From: the human T2T-CHM13v2.0 reference genome, Homo sapiens
Assembly: GCF_009914755.1 (NCBI RefSeq)
Contig: NC_060937.1
Direction: 5' to 3' (one strand)
Length of the DNA: 64,000 bases
The notes under the pieces are model-generated. The model was not told where the DNA came from. It was given only the letters and a program-made list of their open reading frames with translations, and did no database searches. Of the stretch, positions 35,646-52,342 are shown one piece after another. Every line of letters begins with the position of its first letter. Position 1 is the first letter of the stretch. The translations under genes and the position numbers were made by a program.

Positions 35646-37721
35646 GAGAAGAACTTCATCTTTTATAAGTGTAATTTATTAAAGGCATGCTATAGTCTTG
35701 GACTCAGTGATTTTTACTTACGGGAGAATCTAGGCATTGAAAAATCTAAGGTACTACTGCTCACCTGCTTCCAATGTGGCAGCTTGCTTAAACTGTGAGC
35801 AGGATTCCAGGAGGAAACAAACTGACTGGAATCTAGCCTTGCAGACCCAAACCTGCAAGGCGATCGCAAACAAACCCGCAAGGCCATCGCAAACATCCCT
35901 AGGTATTTCAAACCTCATTAGGATTCACATGTTTCTTTTTTTTAAGGTGCCATAACTAGGACTCTCTATTGATTTTTTTTTTTTTAACGTAGATCTACCT
36001 TTGTTCAGAGAGATTTTTGAGCTTGCCACTGGGTCCCAGGGGGGAAGTGGTCAGACCGTTGCAAAAGCAGCAGCAAGTGAAAAAGAGGAAGGCCCCAGCA
36101 AAGGAGCGGAACAGAGGCCGGGAGAGGCGACCCTGCCGACGATGCTCATGTCAGAGGGGCGTCCACAGTTGATCATAATCTTTTCAAGTCCAGGAAATTA
36201 ATCAGCAATGGGAAAAGGAGTCTAAGATGAATAAAAGGATGTCCGACAATGTGGGCAGAACAGCATGCTAAGAAATCTGGGTGGGCATATTCCATAGGAA
36301 AGTGTAATAGTAGGCAGGAGGCAGCTGTGGGGCTAGCAACCAGTCCCCAGCCTCAGGATGAAAGATCTAGAAAAAGGGACCTGGCAAAGGCCCTAGAAGA
36401 AGATCACTGGGCAGGAAACCAGGACCAGATCTGAGGTCTAGGAATAGAGCGGGGAAATGGGGAGGGAGGAGGACACCTCAAGTAGCAAGGGATAGTTTGT
36501 CGTTAAGTCCTCGAACTGATTTATTTCATATAGACCTCTATTGACAAGGAACAGCTTTCCTGATAGTTTCAGCAATGCGTGGGAAAATAAAAGGTCCATA
36601 GTAACCTACACAAGGTAAACCAACATGAATAGCCCACCAGAAGGCAAGGTGAAGGCGAGCTGAAACCATTCTTCAGGTGCTAGATGCTGAGGAGCCTTGG
36701 AGACCTCCTAGCTGAAGGTTATCAAAGAAACACAACTCAATAAGCCTCTGCCTTGTTAAGTTTAAGTTCTGCTAATCTTTTTGTGAGAAGACTGTGGGGA
36801 CTAACCTGCCTCTGTGCTGGCAGCGATAAAGTGAATTGGAAATGCCAGTAGGGTGTGTGGACAGATGGAGACAGGCATCTGGAGCTGCTGGGGACAGACA
36901 GCTATTTCTGTTGAAGAGAACAAAAGATGCAAAGAGTCCCTTTTCCCCACTCCCCTCCAACTCTGAGCATTTCTTCTCTGAAACGTTTTCTTTTCTTTCT
37001 CATTCATAGAATATAAACTATGTTCAGAAAAAAAATAAGAGTTGATGATAGGGGAAGTTCACTCCTGAATATCTTCCTCCACTATTCATTGGTTTGGGAT
37101 TGCAACCTGCCTTTGCCCATTGCTGTCATTCTTCAGAGGTAGATGTTTGCAAAAATGTCCAGAGCAGCTGGACCTCAAATCTAAAATTGCTGTAGTAGAA
37201 GACTCTCCTCCACTGATCCCTTGAAGCACATCCATGGAATGCCATTGGAAAACTGCCACTGGAGGGCATTAGACATCATTTAATTTGCTCCATGATGACT
37301 TTTGACCTCTGAATTCATTTCACATGGATGACCAGGCTAGTCCCATCGTCACCCTCAGACACTTATTTGTCTATTTCTAGGGGCAGAAAACAGTGCAAGC
37401 CTTGCAGATATAAGGCGATCCTTTAAGGGGCTCGCAATCTAGTTGGGACACATATATAAAAAGATAACAACTACAGTAGGTTCCAATCAAAGTAGCACAT
37501 TATATGTAAAAGCCACAGCAACACAGCTCTCAGGGGCAGCAAGCATTTTGCAAAAACAGAGAGAACTCTCCCAAGAAGGTGAACTCACAATATCACAGGG
37601 TCTTATACACTCTGCTGCCCTAACTCTCACTTCATCTTGGCTAAGCATAGGAGTGAACTACATTTTTCATTATTAAAGATATGTATTAAACAATTAGGAT
37701 ATGCCCAATTTATACTATTTA

Positions 37722-38144
<423 letters not shown>

Positions 38145-39785
38145 TCATTTATTCATTCATTCATCCGTTCAAGAAGCACTAAGTGGCCTTGGCTTTTACT
38201 GCTGGCTTGACTCAGCTCTGTTGGGCAAAGGGCAGAGGACTAAGCAACTGGGAGTGAAGCAATTAGAGGATGATTTTCACATTATAAAGAGTCCCAGAGG
38301 GTTCCTTTTAGTGTGCTTCCCCAGGGGATTTAAATATTTAAATATTGTTATACAGATCCTTAAGTCTTGCAGCTGGGGAAGATGGGAAGGACAGCTGAGG
38401 GTGGTCAGGCAAAAAGCAAAGATTTAAATCTGAAGGGTCAGAGGCCACTGCTAAGAACTGATCTCTAATTCCAATACTAGTTATGCCCTACCAATATATA
38501 GCTTAGAAAGTCCGCAAAGCACTTCTTCGACCTTCTCTCTTTTGGTAGTCATGATGATAAACTCTAAACTTGAAGGTTTAAAATGTGATGGGAAGTAACA
38601 TTTTCCAAAATTGAAATCACACAAAATGTTTGAAGAGTTTGTCTGTGGCAAAAAGAGATTAACGAGAAGGACAGCGTATCTATGACAGATTTCACACATA
38701 GCTTCCATTTTCTTTCTCATCGAGGGTGGGGTGGGGAGCGTGGGATGGTGGTGGTATTGCAGTTACTAAACACATATTGTATGCGTGTAGCATGTTTGTG
38801 TGTACACACATGTGGTACATATAAAACAGTGTGCATGTCATATATACATGCAAATTCTGTGTGTATGCTCAACAGTCAGATGATAGTGTTCCCAGCGTGC
38901 AAACGGGAACAAGATATGGTGGTAGGGGTGTCCAGGAGAGGCAAGAATGTCTACATATTTCATATACATTTATAGCGATACAGAACCTACTATGTGAAAT
39001 GCCCAGGCCTCTAAGCCCAGAAAATGCAGAAACAAAATAGACCTTTCCCTGCCTCTCCGAGTTTGCAATCTAGTGCTCTTCCACTAGAGCACCCAGGACA
39101 CTATATGCAGCAATTCAGGGCAGAATGATACCAATACCAAAATAGAAGTACTTAGTGGAATAGGAGAATATTAACTAGTAGTTTTGTGGGGCCAAATGTT
39201 GTTCAGACTTGTAAATGTGAGGACGACCTAGACAAGTCAGCCCATTGCCCAAGCTTGGCATGCTCTGAGCAGACAGCTAGCAGCTGCAGAGGTAGGGGTT
39301 TCTGGGCAGTCGGGAGCCCCTTCTGCCAAGTTCCCCTTCCCAACAGATCGAGAGCTCGGAGGCTTGGCACGGTCGGTCCCGATGGCCCCAGCGGGAGGGT
39401 CACGGTTGAGACAGCAGCCCCATCTCATTGTTTAAGGCCGGGGCTTCCTCTTTTGGCGGAGCGGGAGCGGGAGCGGGAGCTGAGCGGGAAGGGGACGGAC
39501 GCCGCGGGAGCCTTCGGGATGTCTATTGCTGCCGCTCCCTCCCCTCGCCGGGAGCTTGGGTTTCCCGGGGTGTGTGCGGATTCTCAATAAAAAGGGAAAA
39601 GCACGATCCAAGTTAATTTTCCAGCGCCGACAGGAAATGCTGTTTCCTGCATCGTACAACGCTGGTGCCAACAAGACTGACACAGGAGCCCATTGTCCCG
39701 CGAACAATGTGGCGATGGGGAAGGACGCCTGAGAAAACAGACCCCGGCCCCGTGAGCGCGTTTGTTTGATCCTTCCCCATAGGGT

Positions 39786-40162
39786 TGTGTGAGGTGTGTG
39801 TCTGTGTGGGTGGGTGTATTTGTGCATGTGTGGTGTACGTCTGTGTGTGAGATTGTGTGTTGGGGGTGTGTGTATATGTGTGGTGTGTGTGGGAGTGTGT
39901 CTATGTGTGTCTCCGTAGTATGTGTATCTGTGTGGGTAGGTATGTGCATGTGTGGTGTGTGTGTGTGGAGAGTGTGTATGTGTGTGTGTCTCTGTGGTGT
40001 GTGTGTCTGTGTGTGTCTGCATGTGTGTCTCTGTAGTGTGTTTGTGTCTGTGTGAGTAGGTGTGTTTGTGCATGAGTGGTGTGTGTGTGGTGTGTGTGCG
40101 TGTGTGTATGAGTGCGTGAGTGTATGAGTGCGTGAGTGTGAAAGTGTGTGTGTGTGTGTGTG
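39786..40162. repeat. Imperfect (GT)n low-complexity repeat, ~375 bp
   Basis: Interrupted GTGT runs throughout. Confidence 0.95.
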
Positions 40163-40462
40163 AGGCTGAATAGGCTGGTAAAGGCAGGGCACTGTCCCTT
40201 CCTGCCCTGCCTCTGCTCCCCTGGCGGGCTCCCAAAGTGGCAAAAGAGACCTAGCTGTCTAAAACGTTCAAAAGAAAAAAGAGAAAGAAAAAGAAAGGGG
40301 GAAACGGGGGAAAAGAAAAGGATGGAACAGAAGAGGAAATTTTTTAAAAGAAAGGAGAAGGGAAAGGGAAAAGAAAATAAAATCTCCCCAAAGTCTCCCC
40401 AGAGGCTCGTTTCGAACCCGCAGCTAGCCAAGGGCAAAGGCATACTCGAAAGTGCCACGCCT

Positions 40463-40640
40463 CTCGTCCACCCTGCGCCGCGTCCAGTCCACCCCCTTCA
40501 TCCCGCGCCCCATGTCCACCCGCCCGCTGTCCACCCTGCGCCCCATGTCCATGCGCCCCCTGTCCACCCGCTCACTGTCCAACCCGCGCCCCATGTCCAC
40601 CCGCCTGCTGCCCACCCCGCGCCCCCAGTGCACCCGCCCA
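40463..40640. repeat. C-rich minisatellite with 15-18 bp units, core (T/A)GTCCACCC
   Basis: About ten degenerate units such as CCCCATGTCCACCCGCC and CTGTCCACCCTGCG. Confidence 0.85.
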
Positions 40641-41770
40641 GCCCCGAGCGCCCGCGGAGCCGAGTGGAGAGCAGCGGCCGCAGCGCGGCGCCAGGCTCGG
40701 GCTGGGCTGGCCGGCGCGAACCCCCGGGGGCGTCTGGGCGGCCAGGCCGGGTGGCGGCTGCGCACGTAGGAGTACCCCCTGAGCCCAGCCGCTCGGCCGG
40801 CCTGACCCGCGGGTGACCGGATACGAGTAACGCGTGCGCCCCGATCTGTGCCCTGCGCGGGGTCGGGCGGGGACCGGCCGGGGGCGCCGCGCGCCCGGTC
40901 GGGTTGACTGTCGGGGGCGATTTCCGCGGGGCAAGGCGGGGGCGCGGGAGCAGCGCGCAGCTGCGGGGCCATTCCACCTGAGCGCCCTGAGGTCAGGGCC
41001 GGGGCCTGAGGACACGGCGCTGGGCTCCGGGGGACGCGGGTTCACGCCGGCGCCCGAGCGCCACCTCCCCGCCCTCCGCCGGCTCACGTAGTCCCGGGGT
41101 TCGGTACGTGAAGTGCCGGCGCGAGGCTGCTCAGGCCACCGCATGGGCCGGGCGATAAACAATCGCACAGGATACACAACACCCTGGACTGTCACAAGCC
41201 CCTCGCAGGAAAAGATAAATAACATCTGAGGCGCTGCGGCGCGGCTTCCCCGGGCTGAACAAAAACTAGGAGGTGGGGGGCGGTGGGGCGAAGTAAACAA
41301 CAGAACCGAAGAATTGCCGCACGGAGCCTGGGCCGGCGGAGAAAATCAGATGCAGTCTCCTTCCCTTTGGTGACTATCCGTGGGGGTTTCTCCCGGTGGA
41401 AATGAGCGACACACACACCACACCACACACTACGTTCAAACTTTGTCCTTGAAAGCGATAGGCAGCTGCCTCTCTGGGTAAGAGGCGCATTTCCCCAGCA
41501 CTGCAGGAAACCTTTTGGAGACCAAGTGGCTTTTCTGGACGAGGAGGCTGCAGAATTTTCCGAGGATACAACTTTTTCCCAAAGGTTTGCTCCTTGGGAT
41601 TAGAGCAGGCAGCGACCCAAACCACCCTTACACCCGTGGTTTCATGTCAATTTCTAATATAAAGGAAATCTCTACCCCTGTTTAAAAAGAAGGGGAGGAG
41701 CACCAAAATCCAAACCAGAGAACTACAGATACTCCATGGGCACAATAAAATGTCTGTTAACAATACATAC

Positions 41771-42070
<300 letters not shown>

Positions 42071-42740
42071 TACAGGGTTTTTACCTGGTAGCCCTTGATT
42101 TCTCCCACCTGGATTTGGAGTGACCAAAGCAGTCCTTTGCCTTCTGTGAACTGGTTGGGCCCAGCAGGACTGGCCTTTGTGATTCACCCCTGTCTTACTT
42201 TGTAGACTCAGCTAGTTTTCAGGCTGCTGGTCTCCACTGCCCAAACAGGATCACTTAAGAAGTTCAGCTTCACACCTGTCTTTCTCACAGTCTCTTGAGC
42301 ACTGCCCAAACTGCACTACATGAGATTTATAACTTACATTAAGGCTTAGGCACCCCCCACATCAATTTCCCCTGCATAGGGTATATGCTTTACTTACACA
42401 CATTATTAATCTGTTCATGTGAGCTGGGCCACTCCAGGAGCTCATACTAGTCTGTCTTTTCAATAATCTTTAGCTGTATGTGAATTAGTTTATGTAATGT
42501 TCCTTGATTAGTGAAAGCAGGGGTTCAGAATGGGGGGATGCGGTGAGAGTGTGGGGGAACTTCTTACTCAGTACAATTCATAGCAGGCTGATATTCTCAT
42601 TTCTCTTGGATGCTCTGACCCCTAGCTCAGTAGTGATATATAGAGTGTCTAGATTTCTAGATGTTACTCAAGCTTTCTCATGCCCGCCACGTGGTGTGAG
42701 ACATCTGGGTTGGGTGCTGGAACAAGTTGGTGGCGGGTTT

Positions 42741-44240
42741 TGATGGCAGCAGCCAGCTGTCTGGTGTGGCCACTGCCATCACACAGGCCACTGCAGGGAG
42801 GGCACAGGGAGGAGGCAAGCAGCACCCCCACCACTTCCCCCACAACCCGCTGCCCTGGGGGCTGCACGATGATGCTTGGCCAGGTTGTATGCCAGGCAAG
42901 GGGAAGCTCCAGACGCCTCTGAGTGCCGGGGCCACAGGGGGAGCTTGCAGCAATGGATACATTGACCTTGCCATAGATGCCAGCCAAGACCCAGCGAGGA
43001 CCTGTAGCCCCTGCCCTAGGCTGTGAGGGAGAGCGATTGGGTGCTGTGCTCCACAGAGCCAGCAGGAGCCAGGGACAAGCGGGAGCCATGCTCCTTCCAA
43101 GTTGGGAGGGCAGGAGCTCTGCAGATGCAACTGTGTCTGCCCAAGCTGCTGCTGCAACACGGGCACCCCTGTGCTCTTGGGAGCCTGGAGTAGGCAGGAG
43201 CCCCGCCCTCCTGGGCTGGGCTGCAGCCGCCCAAGTTGTGGCTTTGGATCTGGGCCTCCAGCTCCACAGAGCAGGTAGGAGCCCCAGCCACCTCCCCATC
43301 CCAACCCAACCCCCCCATCCCACTAGCCACCCCCAACAGCTGCAGCTGCCAAAACCAGGGCTGCAGACCCAGGCATTCCTGCACTCTTGGGGATCCTGGG
43401 AAGCCCTGCCCTGTTGCCCTTGCAGGCTCAGAGGAGTCCACTCCCATTGCCTGGTCTCTCCCTGCTCTGATCTCAGAGTTGGGGCCAAGCCCTGACACTG
43501 TCACTGCCTGGCAGGGTGTGCACACGCTGGGGGCAATGCTGACGTGCCAGCCCCCTGCTTCCTTGGCCCCCTCTGGACTTTGGGAATGGAGGAGCTCGGG
43601 AGGAGAAGCTGAGGGGGACTGAGGGCAGCTGGGTGCCAACCTGCAGGTGCCCTTTGGTGCCAGCAGCCTGGGTACCATGGCTGGCCGTGGGAGGCAGACA
43701 GGCTCCTGGGCAGAAGGGAGCAACTCCCCAGTGAAGCTCCACCTTCAGGCCAGGGCAGTCCTGAAGCCTGGGGTCAGGGCTGCCAGTCCTGTGGACTGGA
43801 GGGAAAACTGATGGTGTTTTTTCCTGGGCCTGTCCATGGCTGCCCATGGACCAATCAGCACGCAGTTCCCCCCTCTGAGGCCCATGAAAGCCCCAGAGTC
43901 AGCCAGAGCAGGGCAGAGGACAGAGAGGATGGAGAGACATGGCCGGGATGACCAGCTGCAGAGAGGACCTACATCTCTGCTGATAGCTGGAGATGAAGGA
44001 CAACCAGCTGCAGAAAGGAGCAATCACTCTCCAGGGCCTCCTTTCTGCTGAGAGCAGCAGATGTGAGGAGCAAGCCTTTTCCAGGACCTCCTCTCTGCTT
44101 AGAGCAGCAGATGTCTGGAGGACCAGCAGCAGAGAGGAGCTACCCTCTCCAGGGCCTCCTCTCTGCTGAGAGCTGAACACTGGACTGGACTGACTTGTCT
44201 ACGGAGAGGAGCTACCCACTGTGGGTCTCCTCTGAGCTGT

Positions 44241-44241
<1 letters not shown>
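42741..44241 (+). mobile_element. MER52-family ERV1 LTR, ~1.5 kb, missing its 3' end
   Basis: Starts TGATGGCAGCAGCC with a GC-rich U3. It carries CCAAT (43851), the degenerate TATA CATGAAA (43883) and tandem CCAGCTGCAGAGAGGAG units. It stops at CTCCTCTGAGCTGTT, just before where the LTR AATAAA is expected. Confidence 0.75.
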
Positions 44242-46947
<2,706 letters not shown>

Positions 46948-47499
46948 GAGACATAAGTGATGTTTAGTTTGGAAAAGAGGAGATACCTTAGGAAACATGA
47001 GCGCTGCTTTCATGTTTGAAATGTATGAAAAGATGTCAGATAAAATAAGAATTGAAATGAGGTAGGCTCCCATGCCCCGAGGAAAGACCCATGGGCAAGA
47101 ACTTCAGAGAAACCGACTGGACTCAAACACACACACCTGTGCCCCACCAACAATAATAAACCTATCACATAGTCAAAGTGGTCCCAACACGACAGGGCCT
47201 GCCAGAGAAGCCTGAAAATGAGAGTGATTATCTACAGTTTACACCGTTCCTGGTGACTGTATCTTTTGGTAACAGACAGACTTCTGATTGATACAGCTGC
47301 CTCAGGAGGAAGTAAGATCCCCCAAAAGAAGTCAGATTACAGTGGAACCTGGATGACTCATTACATAGTAAGATAGGAGGCAAGCATCCCTTCGGGGACA
47401 GTGTTTAAGACCTCTTCTATCACCACCCATGTAAATTCCATTATCTGCATATTTCTGTTTTGCTATGGGCCAAACAAGCAAAACTCTGCCTTGCTGTAA

Positions 47500-47843
<344 letters not shown>

Positions 47844-47989
47844 TTACTGTTTTATGAAGAAAAGTATGCATCATGTAAACAACTGAGAAAGGCACAATTC
47901 TGGGTTTACAGATTGGAAAGTTTCAACACATAACCACTCATTGCTAATGATATAATGTTCATGAATACTGTGGGTTTGAATAATTAAGA

Positions 47990-48780
47990 CACTGCTGGTA
48001 GGAATGTCAAAGGGCACAACCATTTGAGAAAACAATTTGACAGTTTCTTGTAAATTTAAATATGTGCTTTCCAAATGACTAAGCTACCCCACTCCTAGGT
48101 ATTTTTCGACAAGAAATGGAAACTTATGTCCACACAAAGACCTATATGCAAGTGTTTGTAGCAGCTTCATTTATAATGCTGAAAATCGGAAAGAATTTGA
48201 ATGTTTGTCAGCTAGTGAATGGATAAATAAATTGTAGCACATCCACACAATGGACTACTCCTCAGTGCTAAAAAGGAGGTGAACTGGTGACACATGCAAA
48301 GATATGGGTGAGTCTCACAAGCATTATGCTAAGTGAAAGAAGCCAGACACAAAAGCTATGTACCTCTCATACTTTATGATTTTGTTTATGTGAAATTTGG
48401 AAAACACAGAACTACAGGTACAAAAATCAGATTAGTGGTTGCCAGGAACTGGTGGTATGAGCAGGGCTTGACTGCAAAGGAGCACAAGAGAACTATTTGG
48501 GGTGATGGAAATATTCTATATCTTGATCATGGTGCTGGTTATACAATGATATACATCTGTCAAACTCATAGAACTGCACGCTAAGAGGGGAAATTTTACT
48601 CTATGTGTTTTATTTTATTTTACATTTTTAGAGGTGGGGATTTCAGTATATTGCCCAAGCTGGTCTCGAACCGGGCTGAAGCCATCCTCTTACCTCAGCC
48701 TCCCAAGTAGCCGAGATTACAGTTACCACCGTGCCCGGCTGTATGTAAATTATACCTCAGTAAAACTACTTGAAAAAAGT
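47990..48780 (+). mobile_element. Old L1 (L1ME/MC-type) 3' end with a nested Alu monomer (48607-48739, -)
   Basis: CACTGCTGGTAGGAATGT, GTGAAAGAAGCCAGACAC and GGTGATGGAAATATTCTATATCTTGAT motifs. Confidence 0.8.
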
Positions 48781-49484
48781 TCTGTCCTCATTTTCAATAG
48801 CTATCATCTGGTGACTCACATAACAGTTGATATCGAATAAATGTTGAATGAATCTGGGTGGAAGTTTTGTTTTTCAGCCAAGTCAAATTGTACAGAGATG
48901 AACTGGACACGAGTAAGCACTCTGTTCCTCTCGAAGGTGCTCTGCTGTCCGTGTGAGGAACTCTCCCCTCCGTGATCCCTTGTGACTTAGAGGTGGTATG
49001 GGAGGGCGTGGCCATGCCTGGGGGAAGCAGTGCCACTATATCAGGTCAGCTTTTTGATGAGTCTTATTCATCCTGGAACTGTATCTTCATTCAGGAAACT
49101 CCCTGCAGACAACCCAGTATTGAAAAACGCAAACATTGTTCTGAGGATCTGCATAGGCAAGGCCTGGCTGGGAACACTGCCTGAAGGAAAATCCCTCATC
49201 TTGGGGCAGCAGAGGATTCTAAAAATGAAAGTGCCATTCCCAAGGATCCATAGTTCCTTCTAATTTTCTAATCTAGGAATTGTCTTTTCAAGTCGATTAT
49301 AGAAAAAATAGATCATAAAACACCCCCCTCCAAAATTTAAATAATTTACTGCCAGAAATTGCTAGAATACTGTAGCTGGCTTTAGGCAAATATGAAAATA
49401 TACCAATTTATATTTATAGAGCAGTTATTTTACTTTTATTTTGTCAAGTGAGTTTTCTCTACAAATAATTTTTCATTGGATTCT

Positions 49485-50425
49485 TTTTTTTGCCATCATA
49501 ACCGTTTTTAAGTGTACAGCTCCATAGTGTTGTTTATTCATATTGCTGTGCAACCAGTCTTCAGAACTCATCTGTCTCATGGAACTGAAACTCCATGCCC
49601 ATTAAATATGAACTCCCCATTGTTCCCTCCCTGCCAGCCCGTTTTTGGTACCATTTCACTTTCTGTGGATGATTTTTGACTTCTCTAAGGACCTCATATG
49701 AGTGAACTCATACAGCATTTGTTCTTTTGTGACTGGCTTATTTCACTTAGCAAAATAACCTCAAGGTTCATTTATGTTGTAGTATGTGTCAGAATTTCCT
49801 TCACCTTTAAGGCTGAATATCCCATTGTGTGTTTCTGCCACATTTTATCTATTCATCTGTCTATGGATACTTGGGTCACTTCAGCCTTTTGGCTAGTGTG
49901 AATAATGCTGCTGTGAACATGAGTGTACAAATATCTCTTCAAGATCCTGCTTTTATTCTTTTGGGTATATAGCCAGAAGTGCAATTGCTGGATCCTATGG
50001 TAATTCTGTTTCTAATTATTTGAGGAACCTTCATACTGTTTTCCACAGTGGCTGTACCATTTAACATTCCCATCAGCAGTGCACAAGGGTTTTAATTTTT
50101 GCGCATCCTTGTCAATGTTTGTTATTTTCTTTCTTTTATTGACTTATATTTTTGATAGCAGCTCTCCTAATGGCTGTGAAGTGGTATGTCATTGTGGTTT
50201 TGATTTGCATTTCCCCATTGACTAGTCAGGTTGAACATCTTTCCATGTGCTTGTTGGCCATTTATATATCTTTTTTGGCAAAATGCCTATTCAAGGCCTT
50301 TGCCCAATTTTTAATTGGGTTGTTTGTTTTTTGTTGTTGAGTTGTAGGAGTTCTTCATATATTCCAGGAATTATGCTCTTATCAGATATATGACTTGCAA
50401 ATATTTCCTCCCATTCCATGAGTTG
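49485..50425 (-). mobile_element. L1MB-type 3' end
   Basis: TTTTAAGTGTACAG...GACTGGCTTATTTCACTTAGC...TTGATTTGCATTTCCC, antisense L1. Confidence 0.85.
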
Positions 50426-51329
50426 AATCACGGGATTCTTTTAAGCAACAATTTCTTCTAGTGCAGGAGCTTGTGCTTTAGCAAGCTCCCCGGGTGATAC
50501 TGATAAATCATATGGCTTTGCATCACTGTTCTGATGCACATATGATGGGATTGAACTTTCATTAACATATTTATGTAACAATATTTGTGATAATTTATGA
50601 AACCCTAGCATCCTTGGGAAGTGAAGTCTGATGACAGCCTAAGAAACTGTACCTTCTTTTTTAGATCAAAAGTTTCTCCTACCTGTTTCCATGATCCATG
50701 GCTTCACTCTCCCCTGGTTCTCCTTCTACTTCTCTATGTGTACCATGTTAGTCCCTTTTGGGACTGTCTCATACTCCTTCTATTCCCTAAATGTGAAATT
50801 TCCCACAGCTCTTTTCTCAGCCCTATTCTTTCTCAACAGGTACCTTCCCTAAACAATTATATTGTGCCCTTGACTTTGACAGTGCTGACTCCCAGATTGA
50901 GCACCCCAGCCTAGCCCAGACCCAGACACACATGTGCCTTCCAGACATATCTGTAGGGGAGCTAACGGCGCTTCGAACTAAATGAATCCGAATCTTACTT
51001 GTTCTTTCCCCCTCCAAACTTGAACTCCTTTGCATTTGTCAAAGCCAGAAACTTCACAGTCTATCTCTCCCTTAACCCCCATGTTCACTAAGTCATTTAA
51101 TTCTGGTAATGCCCCTGATCCTCTGATCCTCCTCTTCATTCTGGCTTGACATAGTCTTGGTTTGGCAAGTCATATTCAGAGAAGCTTGAGGCTTCTCTCT
51201 ACACACACGTGGACACACTCATTCAACTCACAATGCGTGTAAGCTGCTACACCCCTGGTGAACAGGCCGTGAAATTGCCAAGAGCTTTCTCCATGGGTTG
51301 GCCAATGACATCATAGAATGGTATGGTGG

Positions 51330-51530
51330 TTTGGGAGGGGAGGGCAATTTTGTGCCCCGGGGGATGTTTGGTGATGTCTAGAGATTGGGGTGGTGATGGT
51401 GGTAAGGTGCTACTGGCATCCAGCAGGTAGAGACCAGGGATGCTGCTAAATATCCTCCAATGCACAGGACAGCTCCTCCCACCAACAAAAAATTGTCCAG
51501 CCCTCAAAGTGCCGAGGTGAGAAATTCTCC
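51330..51530. mobile_element. MER20 hAT DNA transposon
   Basis: TGCTACTGGCATCCAGCAGGTAGAGACCAGGGATGCTGCTAAATATCCTCCAATGCACAGGACAGC matches the MER20 core. Confidence 0.8.
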
Positions 51531-51599
51531 CCTAAGATGATCTTTAACCTTTTGTTCTACACCCAGATCTCTCTTACCGGGGGATGCACCAAAGCCCAG

Positions 51600-52342
51600 C
51601 TGTTCAGTGTCAATGGCTGCCAGCTCCCAACTACATCCCACACAGACGGGAGCCACCTCAATGTCTGCGAGATTTCCTGTCCCTCCTTTTCAATCCCATC
51701 AAGGCACCCTCTACCAATGACTGATGGATACAGGGATACAAAAGCCCAGACACCTATCTTCCAAGAGGAAAAAACTCTGTGGTGGTGCCATTTATGTTCC
51801 AGAGCAACTGCGGGATCAAGCTGAGGGTGGACTCCAGCTGAAACCACATGCAACAGACTGAATGCTTGTGCCCTCCCAAAATTAATATGTTGAAGCTCTA
51901 ATCCCAATGTGATGATGGTATTAGGGAGGTAATTGGGTCATAAAGGTGGATCCCCTGTTAATGGGATTAGTGCCCTTATAGGAAAAGGCCAAAGAACTAG
52001 CTTGCTCCCTTTTCTCCATGTAAGGACACAGCAAGAAGGTGGCAGTCTGCAAGCCAGGAAGAGAGCCCTCACCAGAGCCTGCCTATGCTGGCACTCTGAT
52101 CTTGAACTTCCAGCTTCCAACACTGTGAGAAATAAATGTGTATTGTGTGAGTCCTCAGTCTGTGGTAATTTGTTGTAGCAGCTCAAGTTGACTAAGACAT
52201 GGCATCTTTTCTTAGCTGCTCTGCTTCTATTTCCTACTTCTCTCTTCTCCCTTCAGGTCCCTTATGAGAGTGTGCTCCCAAAATACCACTTGTACAAGAA
52301 TCTCCTGCTCAGCTCAGCTTCTAGGAAACTTGACCTAAGACA
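51600..52342 (+). mobile_element. LTR16-like ERVL LTR with a nested MLT1A/MSTD-like MaLR LTR (51849-52199)
   Basis: GACTCCAGCTGAAACCACA...CTTCTAGGAAACTTGACCTAAGACA flanks an inner MaLR ending in GACTAAGACA. Confidence 0.65.

Larger units (their letters stand above)
39300..41420. promoter_or_regulatory. Orphan bipartite CpG island (39300-39770 and 40400-41420), ~36-38 kb upstream of FLT1
   Basis: CpG-dense, GC-rich and not TE-derived. No credible coding exon is attached. Confidence 0.8.

Noticed and set aside
39432-41300. ORFs of 180-270 aa with His/Thr or VHPAP repeats
   Set aside because: Translations of the (GT)n tract, the minisatellite and the CpG island. Most have non-ATG starts and none resembles a protein family.
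42636-42665. TCTAGATTTCTAGATGTT just 5' of MER52, resembling the NORAD hairpin
   Set aside because: Only ~15 bp match and the flanks do not resemble NORAD units, so it cannot support the retrocopy extending across the LTR. A BLAST of 42400-42740 would settle it.
42664-44180. ORFs up to 274 aa
   Set aside because: They lie inside the GC-rich MER52 LTR and show no gag/pol/env motifs.
43950-44240. Repeated CCAGCTGCAGAGAGGAG units with variable spacers (CRISPR-like appearance)
   Set aside because: Degenerate internal tandem repeats typical of MER52/LTR1-class LTRs, in a eukaryotic context with no cas genes.
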